64,000 nucleotides of DNA, taken from NCBI GenBank assembly GCA_022841985.1, contig JALHQL010000004.1, positions 1,726 through 65,725 on the forward strand, read 5' to 3'. This document shows, piece after piece, positions 35,304 through 43,543 of the stretch. The stretch is from Minisyncoccota bacterium (GTDB lineage: Bacteria; Patescibacteriota; Minisyncoccia; Phycocordibacterales; Phycocordibacteraceae). Both the position numbers and the translations under genes were made by a program. The notes beneath the pieces were generated by a model that did no database searches, was not told where the DNA came from, and worked only from the letters and a program-made list of their open reading frames with translations. Each line of letters starts with the position of its first letter. The first letter of the stretch is position 1.

Positions 35304-36113
35304 ATGAACAACAATCCTCTCTATGAAATTTTTGACCAACGAGGTGCGCGTATCGCGTTTGTCGGCGTTCTTTCTATTCTTGCACTCTTCTTACTTGCAC
35401 AAACTATAGCTACTGTTGGAAACCTCGGACGCTCGGGCACTCCAGCGACCGATACAGTTACAGTACAGGGTTCTGGTCAAGCAACGCTTCCGCCAGATGT
35501 TGCTCGGGTTTCTTTCACTGTCGAAAACACCGCGGCGACTGTTTCGCTTGCTCAGGAGGCGACGACAAAACAGGCAAATACGGCAATTGAGTATGTAAAA
35601 AGTCAGCGTATTGCTGAGAAAGACGTAAAGACGCTCTCGTACAATATTTCACCGCAATACTCGTACCCAAATCCTTGTCCGCTCGGAGGGAGTTGTCCAG
35701 ACTATAATCGTGCGCCAAAGATAATCGGTTATCAAGTCTCGCAGACGATTCAGGTAACGATGCGTGATCTCTCCGCCGTCGGCACCCTCCTCGGCGGGCT
35801 TGGCAAACTCGAAGTACAGAATGTAAACGGTCCTGCCTTTGCACTCGACGATGCAACCGCTGGTTATGATGCTGCGCGCGCTGATGCAATCAATAAAGCA
35901 AAAGCACAAGCAAAACTCCTTTCAAAGCAGCTGGGCGTCCGTCTCGGAAAGATCGTGAATTTCAGCGAATCATCAGGAGGATATGCTTATCCGATGTACA
36001 GCATGCTCGGTAGGGGAGGTGCAGAGGATTCGAAGGCTGCGTTAACGCCAGAACTTCCGGTTGGCGAGAATACCTACAATGCATCAGTTTCGATTACCTA
36101 CGAAATCAGATAA
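35304..36113 (+). CDS. SIMPL (DUF541) domain protein
   Basis: 269 aa; N-terminal TM, 'VTVQGSGQATLPPDVARVSFTVE...A...A...NTAIEYVKSQ' pattern of SIMPL/26-kDa periplasmic immunogenic protein family. Confidence 0.65.
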   Translation: MNNNPLYEIFDQRGARIAFVGVLSILALFLLAQTIATVGNLGRSGTPATDTVTVQGSGQATLPPDVARVSFTVENTAATVSLAQEATTKQANTAIEYVKSQRIAEKDVKTLSYNISPQYSYPNPCPLGGSCPDYNRAPKIIGYQVSQTIQVTMRDLSAVGTLLGGLGKLEVQNVNGPAFALDDATAGYDAARADAINKAKAQAKLLSKQLGVRLGKIVNFSESSGGYAYPMYSMLGRGGAEDSKAALTPELPVGENTYNASVSITYEIR

Positions 36114-36137
36114 TCACTTTCTTGATTATTAAAATAA

Positions 36138-36173
36138 AAAGGGCCCTGCTGGTGCGGGGCCCTTTGTCTTTCT
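36138..36173. terminator. bidirectional terminator hairpin
   Basis: aaagggccc-tgctggtgcg-gggcccttt flanked by A-run / T-rich. Confidence 0.6.
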
Positions 36174-36181
36174 TCGACGCA

Positions 36182-36637
36182 TTAGTTTTTTGCGGTGGCA
36201 GCAAGTCCGAATTCTTTTTTGAGAGCCGTCGTGAATCTTTCTACGGTTTCCCTCGCTAAAGAAGTATTCGTCTCGCCAAAATTTCCCTTCTGTTCGACGA
36301 TGATTTTAATCGTATTTCCAACCAGTTGCAGCGTAATCATCGTTGAGTCCTGAGCGCCGTACGCGGCGGCCTTCAGGAACCCTACAGCATCCAGATTCTT
36401 TGTGAATACGACAAGATTCTGTCCAGTATTCTCACTGAGCATTGGATACTCGAGAGCCTCACCAACCCGGATTGCTCTACTCAGGAAGTTGGTCGGCGGT
36501 TCTTTAAGGACAAGTCCACCCTCGTTCGTAATGGACTGAACCCTAGTGTGCTGTCCAAGATTTGGACAGCCTGTCAAACCAAGACCGGATGCGAGGACCA
36601 ACATCGAGAGCAGGGCACGACGCGTGAAGGTGTTCAT
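36182..36637 (-). CDS. lipoprotein, possible Tat signal (hypothetical)
   Basis: 151 aa; 'RRALLSMLVLASGLGLTGC' (RR + lipobox); GC-richer than flanks. Confidence 0.45.
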   Translation of the reverse strand: MNTFTRRALLSMLVLASGLGLTGCPNLGQHTRVQSITNEGGLVLKEPPTNFLSRAIRVGEALEYPMLSENTGQNLVVFTKNLDAVGFLKAAAYGAQDSTMITLQLVGNTIKIIVEQKGNFGETNTSLARETVERFTTALKKEFGLAATAKN

Positions 36638-36714
36638 GACACACTCCTTGGTTAAAGTTTGCTGTAACGAACCCAGAACCCTCTAAGAGACAGAGTAGCA
36701 TCTTTAAATTGAAA

Positions 36715-36757
36715 TGTCAAGTAGTTATACAGTACAACTACTTGACATACCATGTCA
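36715..36757. promoter_or_regulatory. nested inverted repeats (candidate operator) upstream of 36182..36637
   Basis: gtcaagtagtt-atacagtac-aactacttgac (11-bp arms) overlapping ttgacat-acc-atgtcaa. Confidence 0.3.
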
Positions 36758-37268
36758 ATGGGTATATATCATATCGAGGATAAATAAGTTCTTTCACGAT
36801 ACGGATATAGAAAGGAGGTGCCGCATGAATCACGACCGGTCCCCATAGATAGGTTCTCCAAGAGGGGAATAAACGATTTAAGCCAATTTTGTTTGGTAGT
36901 GGGAGAGACAATATCATGGGGAAGCAGGGAGTTTTAGTCGGAAGAGTCGGAAGGACATTTCCCAAGTCCGAAGACAGTGGTGGAGTGGAAGGGGCGTTGG
37001 ACCCACAACGAAAATTCTATTCCGCACTCGACGGCCGAGGGAAACACGTGGAGATTCCTTGTCCGAATGCACACTGCAAAAAACCAGTTTGCTTAGCTGA
37101 TAGAGCTGAGTGTACCCATTCGGGTGAGGAATTCGTCTGAGGATGTATCGCCGACGCCACGTACGTCTTCGGGGGAGCACTTCCTCGATAGACATGTTCT
37201 AAAAGAAAGGAGAAAATAAAAACAAAAAGCTCGGCTGTCGTGAGACATCTGGGCTTTTCTTTTTGGTA

Positions 37269-37297
37269 TTGACGTATTTAGGGCGTTGTACTACAAT
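37269..37297 (+). promoter_or_regulatory. sigma70-like promoter upstream of secE-nusG-rplK
   Basis: TTGACG - 17 nt - TACAAT. Confidence 0.45.
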
Positions 37298-37305
37298 ACC
37301 CACAT

Positions 37306-37330
37306 CGAAAGCCCGGAGGGCTTTTTTATT
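37306..37330 (+). terminator. leader hairpin + U-tract between promoter and secE (possible attenuator)
   Basis: aagccc-gga-gggctt + ttttatt, ~10 nt downstream of predicted TSS and 18 nt before secE ATG. Confidence 0.35.
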
Positions 37331-37347
37331 TACCTGACATATCCGCT

Positions 37348-37533
37348 ATGTACGCACCCTTCACTTATCTGAAGCATGTTCGCGAAGAATTCACGCACAT
37401 CGTCTGGCCGACGAATCGGACAGCCTTGGCGCACACTCTTGTTGTTATTCTTATCGCGGTTATTATCGCACTGATTGTTGCATTAATGGATTACGTCTTC
37501 GGCGCGATGGTAAGCAACTTCGTTATCGGATGA
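37348..37533 (+). CDS. secE: preprotein translocase subunit SecE
   Basis: 61 aa; 'EFTHIVWPTNRTALAHT' + single TM; precedes nusG. Confidence 0.75.
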   Translation: MYAPFTYLKHVREEFTHIVWPTNRTALAHTLVVILIAVIIALIVALMDYVFGAMVSNFVIG

Positions 37534-38180
37534 TTTTTATGAATGATACTCAACATATGCATGGTGGCGAGATGGATCTTCCTGAAGAAATCGGGATGGC
37601 GGACATTGCTCCTTCGGTACGTAAAGAAATGAGAGACGAAACGGTGCCGCAGGAAAAGGATGCGCGCTGGTACACGGTGCATACGTATGCCGGCTATGAG
37701 AATGCTGTTGAACGCAACTTGAAACAGCGCATTGAGTCACTCGGCATGGAAGGGAAGATCTTCGATGTTATCGTTCCGACTGAGAAAAAGATTCATGTGA
37801 AAGGAGGGAAGCGTATGGTCGAAGAAGAAAAAATCTATCCGGGGTATATTCTCGTACGGATGATTGTCGACGATGATTCATGGTTCGTGGTGCGTAATAC
37901 ACCGCGTGTTACGGGATTCGTCGGTGCGGGCAATACTCCGGTCCCGATGGAAGAATCAGAGGTCGCGCTACTCATGAAGCGGATGACGGCAGAGGCGCCG
38001 AAACACCGCATTGATCTCATGAAGGATGATCCGATAGTTATTGCGGACGGTCCTTTTAAGGATTTGGAAGGCAAAGTTGGCGAGATTGATGAGGATCGTG
38101 GAAAGGTAAAAGTCATGGTTTCGATGTTCGGTCGCGAGACGCCGGTCGAGCTCGACTTTCTTCAAATACGCAAGCTGTAA
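37530..38180 (+). CDS. nusG: transcription termination/antitermination factor NusG (with ~40-aa N-terminal extension)
   Basis: 'RWYTVHTYAGYENAV' NGN domain; KOW 'IADGPFKDLEGKVGEID'; ATGA overlap with secE stop. Confidence 0.85.
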   Translation: MIFMNDTQHMHGGEMDLPEEIGMADIAPSVRKEMRDETVPQEKDARWYTVHTYAGYENAVERNLKQRIESLGMEGKIFDVIVPTEKKIHVKGGKRMVEEEKIYPGYILVRMIVDDDSWFVVRNTPRVTGFVGAGNTPVPMEESEVALLMKRMTAEAPKHRIDLMKDDPIVIADGPFKDLEGKVGEIDEDRGKVKVMVSMFGRETPVELDFLQIRKL

Positions 38181-38230
38181 TTGCTGCTGCATTTGACCTA
38201 GAACGCTTATTAATATAGTTTCATCTTTAT

Positions 38231-38650
38231 ATGGCTAAGATAGTTAAGAAAATAAAGCTCCAGATTCCAGGCGGTGCCGCAACACCGGCTCCTCCTGTTG
38301 GTACCGCGCTCGGCCCTGCTGGTGTGAACATCGGTCAGTTCGTGTCTCAGTTTAATGAGGCGACGAAGGACAAGCGTGGAACAATCATCCCAGTCGAGCT
38401 CTTGGTCTTTGATGACCGTACGTTCACCTTCACGATGAAGAATCCGCCAGCATCTCGTCTCATTTTGAAGGCTGTCGGTCTTGATAAGGCAGCGCATAAG
38501 CCGGGTGAAGAGAAAGCGGGAACTATCACTCAAGCGCAGATTGCAAAGATCGTTGAGGAAAAGATTGCTGACATGAATGCGACTTCTCCAGAGGCAGCGG
38601 CTCGCACTATTGCCGGTACTGCACGTTCGATGGGAATTGAGGTAAAGTAA
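38231..38650 (+). CDS. rplK: 50S ribosomal protein L11
   Basis: 'MAKIVKKIKLQIPGGAATPAPPVGTALGPAGVNIGQF' canonical L11. Confidence 0.9.
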   Translation: MAKIVKKIKLQIPGGAATPAPPVGTALGPAGVNIGQFVSQFNEATKDKRGTIIPVELLVFDDRTFTFTMKNPPASRLILKAVGLDKAAHKPGEEKAGTITQAQIAKIVEEKIADMNATSPEAAARTIAGTARSMGIEVK

Positions 38651-38667
38651 ATTTGTACGACAGTTAA

Positions 38668-38698
38668 TGAAAACGGCGCCTTTATGGGCGTCGTTTTC
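38668..38698 (+). terminator. terminator hairpin after rplK
   Basis: aaaacggcgcc-ttta-tgggcgtcgtttt (imperfect). Confidence 0.5.
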
Positions 38699-38806
38699 AT
38701 TATATAGAGATGATATTGCAGGGCGTCTGTTTTTTTGGTACTGTCCGGTCGGATAGATGTTCGACGCAAAAATCAACACAACCTTAACTTTTGCAAGGAG
38801 GAAGAA

Positions 38807-40204
38807 ATGAAGAGATCTGTATTGGAGTTACAACATGTGACTCGCGGACTTCCACACGGTGGATTTGTGCTTGTTTTGAATACCGGAGCTATTATTGATC
38901 CGGAAGCTGAGGCGATGTTACAAGCCCTTCATTCACGTTCAGTCGGCGGTATTCGTGCGCATCTGAAGACTCTCGCAGAAAAAGGCCCCGAGAGGTTCAT
39001 GGAAAACTTCTACGTTGGATATGGACACAAATCAATCGGGGATTGTGGTACAGGAACGATATTTATTGAGGGCGTCTCGATGCTCGTTGCCAAAGCTATA
39101 CAAGATTGGCTCTTGTATTCTGGGCAAGAGGCGTCAACTCGGTATATCGATTTCTCGACACAGAGGTTTGTCGACCCAGTCGGTCTGCCAGGTTCTACGG
39201 AAATACTCGAAGCGTGGCGAAGTTTCTATTTGTCGTCACAAGAACCAATCCGCGCACATCTTCGAGGATGTTTCCCAATAAAAACAGGGGAAGATGTGAA
39301 AGTGTATGACAAAGCGATCAACGCACGAAGCTTTGACATCTTGCGTGGATTTCTTCCGGCAGGTGCCTCCACAAATCTCGCTTGGCATACTAATCTGCGC
39401 CAGGCAGCGGATCACATACTGATGCTGCGCCAGCATCCGCTTCGTGAGGTTAAGATTGTTGCCGAGGCAATGGAAAGCGCTCTGCAAGAAACATTTCCAA
39501 GTTCATTTGGGCAAAAGCGTTACGAATCGACCGAGGAATACCATGCGTTATGGATGCGAGAAGGGTATTACTTCTCTGGCACAAAACATCATGATGTTTG
39601 TTTGCCTGGCAGGGTTGGTGCAGCGCGTAAGAAAGTAGTGTTGACGAGGGACTCAATTGATAGAAGTCTCTTGCCTGAATACGCGCACTTCCTCTTGTTG
39701 CGACCGGAAAAAACGGAATTACCAAAACAGATATCAGAATGCGGGACGATGCAATTCGAGTTTCTTATCGATTTCGGTTCATTCCGGGACATTCAGCGGC
39801 ATCGTTCTGTGATACAGCGTATGCCACTTCTTTCAAGTAGTTTCGGCATGCATTCGTGGTATCTCGAATCACTTCCGGACAAATTAAGACAGGAGGCAGA
39901 AAATCTTGTACGTCGACAACTTATAGCTATAGACACGCTCCCGCAAGACAAGTTCGTACGGCAGTACTATTTCCCCATGGGAATGTGTGTACCATGTCGT
40001 TTGACGGGTGACTTGCCGGCGCTTGTGTATGTGGTTGAACGACGCGCACAAAGAGACGTCCACCCAACGCTTCACGAGGTCGCGCTTGAGGTGGCAGACG
40101 AACTTATTACACAGTTTGGCAGCAATGGTCTTGCGTTGAGTATCGATCGTGAGAAAGGACGGTTTGATACGAAACGTGGACTTCAGGACATTGTGCAGAA
40201 ATAG
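38807..40204 (+). CDS. long-form flavin-dependent thymidylate synthase (ThyX)-like protein
   Basis: 466 aa from ATG after RBS aaggagg; 'DIQRHRSVIQRMPLLSS' fits ThyX RHR-x7-8-S signature; long forms (~500 aa) known e.g. in Chlamydia; operon context with dcd-like, tmk, glyA. Confidence 0.4.
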   Translation: MKRSVLELQHVTRGLPHGGFVLVLNTGAIIDPEAEAMLQALHSRSVGGIRAHLKTLAEKGPERFMENFYVGYGHKSIGDCGTGTIFIEGVSMLVAKAIQDWLLYSGQEASTRYIDFSTQRFVDPVGLPGSTEILEAWRSFYLSSQEPIRAHLRGCFPIKTGEDVKVYDKAINARSFDILRGFLPAGASTNLAWHTNLRQAADHILMLRQHPLREVKIVAEAMESALQETFPSSFGQKRYESTEEYHALWMREGYYFSGTKHHDVCLPGRVGAARKKVVLTRDSIDRSLLPEYAHFLLLRPEKTELPKQISECGTMQFEFLIDFGSFRDIQRHRSVIQRMPLLSSSFGMHSWYLESLPDKLRQEAENLVRRQLIAIDTLPQDKFVRQYYFPMGMCVPCRLTGDLPALVYVVERRAQRDVHPTLHEVALEVADELITQFGSNGLALSIDREKGRFDTKRGLQDIVQK

Positions 40205-40216
40205 CTCATGCATTCT

Positions 40217-40246
40217 AGCGACGGCCCCCGGCCGTCGCTTTTTTAT
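40217..40246 (+). terminator. rho-independent terminator
   Basis: agcgacggcc-ccc-ggccgtcgct + tttttt. Confidence 0.7.
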
Positions 40247-40329
40247 AGTTGCCTTTTACTTTCAGAGCGCGTAGAGTTTCGTTGGACTGTACAACACAAC
40301 AACCAAGAAACCACAAAAAGGAGAGCATC

Positions 40330-41427
40330 ATGCCGAAATCAAAGACAGGAGTTCTTCCAAAACAAGATCTTCGAGGCTTGCTCGTGCCAGGATACATCGG
40401 GGACGTGACGGAAAAGTATTTAAACCCGGCGTCAATCGACATGCCTCTTTCAGACGAGGCCTACCGAGTCGAGGCAATCTTCCTCCCTCAGGAAAATGAG
40501 GCCGTTCGTGATCTCTTGCCGTCTCTCGGTGCTACGAAGCATAATCTCGACAATCCTCTGGAGGTTGGCGTGCCGTATCTGATTCGTGTTGTTGACAGAT
40601 GGAAACTGCCAAGCATGGTCTACGGATACGCAAATCCGAAGTCATCAACCGGCCGAATTGGATTCTTTTGTCGAACGGTGGCTGACAAAGTCAGTATGTA
40701 TGATGCAATTCCAACTCCAGGATGGAGCGGAGAGATCTGGATGCTTGTTCGTCCGGATTTTATGCCGGTCCTGGTTACACCCGGATTAGCATTGTCGCAG
40801 TTGCGGCTGTTCGATGGGAAATCCTTTCTCGATAGTTTGCACAGCGAATTGGCAATAACAAAATCCGGGCTTCTTTTTACCGAAGACGGAAGAAAATTGT
40901 CACTTTCTGAAACTCATCGGCACGATGACTCGTTCGTACTGACCATCCATGTTGGCGAAATGATGGGGTGGGAGTGCTGGGGAACTCGAAAAGTTCTCGA
41001 TATGAATAAAAAGCACTTCTATACTCCGGAGGATTTTTTCACGCCACTTCAGGTATCAAATGGTAAGTTCACGCTAAGAAAGAGCTGTTTCTATGTTCTC
41101 ACGACCAAAGAACGGATCATGGTACCGCCGTATCTCTCGGCGGAACTGCGCGCAATCGAACCGAGGTTTGGCGAGTTTCGGTCACATGCGGCCGGTTACA
41201 TCGATCCTGGCTGGGGGTACGGCGTGAACGGCGAAGCATGCGGACGTCCAATCACCCTTGAGGTGACGACACAGGAAGACATGCTCATACGAGACGGGCA
41301 AACTATTGCCCGAATCCGTTATGAGCATATGAAGGATATTCCTGAAACTGCGTACGACCAAGCAGCGTCGCACTATACGGAGCAGCGAACAGCGCAACTC
41401 TCGAAACACTTCAAGGTAGTTGGGTAA
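40330..41427 (+). CDS. long-form 2'-deoxycytidine 5'-triphosphate deaminase-like protein (dUTPase/Dcd fold)
   Basis: 365 aa; 'GYANPKSSTGRIGFF' resembles Dcd/dUTPase motif III; size fits DCD long-form family (~360-370 aa). Confidence 0.5.
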   Translation: MPKSKTGVLPKQDLRGLLVPGYIGDVTEKYLNPASIDMPLSDEAYRVEAIFLPQENEAVRDLLPSLGATKHNLDNPLEVGVPYLIRVVDRWKLPSMVYGYANPKSSTGRIGFFCRTVADKVSMYDAIPTPGWSGEIWMLVRPDFMPVLVTPGLALSQLRLFDGKSFLDSLHSELAITKSGLLFTEDGRKLSLSETHRHDDSFVLTIHVGEMMGWECWGTRKVLDMNKKHFYTPEDFFTPLQVSNGKFTLRKSCFYVLTTKERIMVPPYLSAELRAIEPRFGEFRSHAAGYIDPGWGYGVNGEACGRPITLEVTTQEDMLIRDGQTIARIRYEHMKDIPETAYDQAASHYTEQRTAQLSKHFKVVG

Positions 41428-41440
41428 TTTTGGTTTTTGG

Positions 41441-41478
41441 GCCCGCGACGATTCTCATCGTCGCGGGCTTCTCTTTTT
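41441..41478 (+). terminator. rho-independent terminator
   Basis: gcccgcgacga-ttctca-tcgtcgcgggc + ttctcttttt. Confidence 0.7.
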
Positions 41479-41541
41479 ATAATTTTATGTAAGGATGTAC
41501 CCGGACTTGTTCATAAAATAAAACTAAGGAGGGCTGTCATT

Positions 41542-42186
41542 ATGATGCAAGGACAGTACATTGTATTTGATGGCATGGATGGCTCGGGAAAAGGTACGCA
41601 GATTGAGTTCTTGCAAAAGAAATTCATCGGCACAGTGGTTTTCACTCGTGAACCAGGCGGCACACCATTTGCCGAAGAAATACGGAAAATCGTCCGCGAC
41701 AATCCTCTCGCTGGAAAATCGACCCCACTCAATAACTTCCTGCTATTCTGGGCGGCTCGTGAAGAGTTGTTGCACAACCTTATCGTCCCAACACGTAAGT
41801 CTGGCAAGCATGTATTTTCAGATCGAGGCGATTCATCAACATTTGCATATCAAATTTATGGTGAAGCGAACAATGGGTTGATCACTCCATTTTTCGAAAT
41901 GAGAAAACTCGTTTTCGAAAAGGCTGGACGTCAACCACCACATCTCTATATTGTGTTCGACTTACCAGCGGAAGTCGCACACAGTCGTGTCATGGCTGCC
42001 GGCGGTAGTAAAAGAAATCACTTCGACACTCGAAAGCTCGACTACTATGAACGGGTGCGTTGCGGGTTTCGTAATTTTAGTGCCCATATTCAAAACGTTG
42101 TTCTCGTGAATGCGGAAGGATCGCCAGAAGCGGTTCACGAGTCTGTTCTCAATGTTCTTGCTGAGAGAGGCATTCTCCCCAAATGA
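41542..42186 (+). CDS. tmk: thymidylate kinase
   Basis: 'MMQGQYIVFDGMDGSGKGTQ' P-loop, 'TREPGGT', DRxxxS 'SDRGDSST' LID. Confidence 0.85.
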   Translation: MMQGQYIVFDGMDGSGKGTQIEFLQKKFIGTVVFTREPGGTPFAEEIRKIVRDNPLAGKSTPLNNFLLFWAAREELLHNLIVPTRKSGKHVFSDRGDSSTFAYQIYGEANNGLITPFFEMRKLVFEKAGRQPPHLYIVFDLPAEVAHSRVMAAGGSKRNHFDTRKLDYYERVRCGFRNFSAHIQNVVLVNAEGSPEAVHESVLNVLAERGILPK

Positions 42187-42204
42187 GTGATTCCAACACA
42201 AAAT

Positions 42205-42237
42205 ACCGACGCACTTGTAGTGCGTCGGTTCTGTTTT
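42205..42237 (+). terminator. rho-independent terminator
   Basis: accgacgcac-ttgta-gtgcgtcggt + tctgtttt. Confidence 0.65.
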
Positions 42238-42256
42238 CAGTGATACAATCACGCAC

Positions 42257-43522
42257 GTGAATTCCTACCATCATATAGAAAAGGAGGATCCCGAGCTTTT
42301 CACTGCGCTCGACGGGGAAGAGAATCGGCAGGCGGAGGGCCTGGAGCTTATTCCCTCTGAGAATTATGTGTCGCGAGCTGTAAAGGAAGCAATGGCGTCC
42401 TCGCTTACGAATAAGTATGCGGAAGGGTATCCCGGGAAGCGTTACTACGGGGGACAGGAATTTACTGATGCGGTCGAAACACTCGCCATCGAACGCGCGA
42501 AAAAACTATTTGGTGCGGCATATGCGAACGTGCAACCGCTCGGCGGTGCGAACGCGAATATCGCCATGTATATGGCACTTCTTGAACCGGGGGACACGGT
42601 GCTCGGCATGGATCTCTCGCATGGCGGGCATCTGACTCATGGTCACCCAGTAACTTACCTCACCAAGATTTTCAATTTTGTACGGTACGGAATGAAAGAT
42701 GTTGAAACGGGAGAGATAGATTATGACGACATGTGTCGCGTCGCAAAAGAGGTGAGGCCAAAAATAATCCTCGCAGGGTTCTCAGCGTATCCGCGTGAGC
42801 TTGAGTATGTGAAATTCATCGAGATTGCTCGCGAAGTTGGTGCGCTTGCGGTGATGGACATTGCGCACATTGCCGGACTTATTGCGGGAAAGGTGGCCAA
42901 GAATCCGTTCGACTATGGATTTGATGTCATGACCACCACGACGCACAAGACGCTGCGCGGTCCGCGCGGCGGCATGATTCTCACCAGAGAGTCTGAAGAT
43001 ATTGCGAAAAAAATAGATAAAGCAGTCTTCCCGGGATTTCAGGGCGGCCCGCACATGCATCAAATAGCGGCAAAGGCAGTTTCATTCCATGAAGCGCTTC
43101 ACCCCTCATTCGCACTTTATGCAAAACAGATCATCGCAAATACGCACGCGATGGAAAAAGTATTTAAGGCACATGCTATACGCATGATCACGGGCGGCTC
43201 TGACAATCACTTGCTCCTACTCGATGCGTGGAAGTCATTTGGCATTTCTGGTGGGGAAGCAGAGTCTCTCTTGGATCGTGCAGGCATCACACTCAACAAA
43301 AATACGATTGCAGATGATACACGCAAACCGATGGATCCTTCGGGCATTCGTTTGGGTACTCCTGCGATAACGACGCGCGGTCTTCGCGAACCCGAATCAG
43401 CACGGGTGGCCTCGCTCATGGTCGAGATTCTCACAAAACGCGATGATATTACTGTCGAGCACGTAAAAAAAGAGGTGCGGAATCTCGCACTCGCGCACCC
43501 TATTCCAGAATCATTTATATAA
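42257..43522 (+). CDS. glyA: serine hydroxymethyltransferase (GTG start)
   Basis: 421 aa; 'LIPSENYVSRAV', 'GGHLTHGH', PLP-Lys region 'TTTTHKTLRGPRGG'. Confidence 0.9.
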   Translation: MNSYHHIEKEDPELFTALDGEENRQAEGLELIPSENYVSRAVKEAMASSLTNKYAEGYPGKRYYGGQEFTDAVETLAIERAKKLFGAAYANVQPLGGANANIAMYMALLEPGDTVLGMDLSHGGHLTHGHPVTYLTKIFNFVRYGMKDVETGEIDYDDMCRVAKEVRPKIILAGFSAYPRELEYVKFIEIAREVGALAVMDIAHIAGLIAGKVAKNPFDYGFDVMTTTTHKTLRGPRGGMILTRESEDIAKKIDKAVFPGFQGGPHMHQIAAKAVSFHEALHPSFALYAKQIIANTHAMEKVFKAHAIRMITGGSDNHLLLLDAWKSFGISGGEAESLLDRAGITLNKNTIADDTRKPMDPSGIRLGTPAITTRGLREPESARVASLMVEILTKRDDITVEHVKKEVRNLALAHPIPESFI

Positions 43523-43543
43523 ATTTTCTGGTACACTCGCCGC

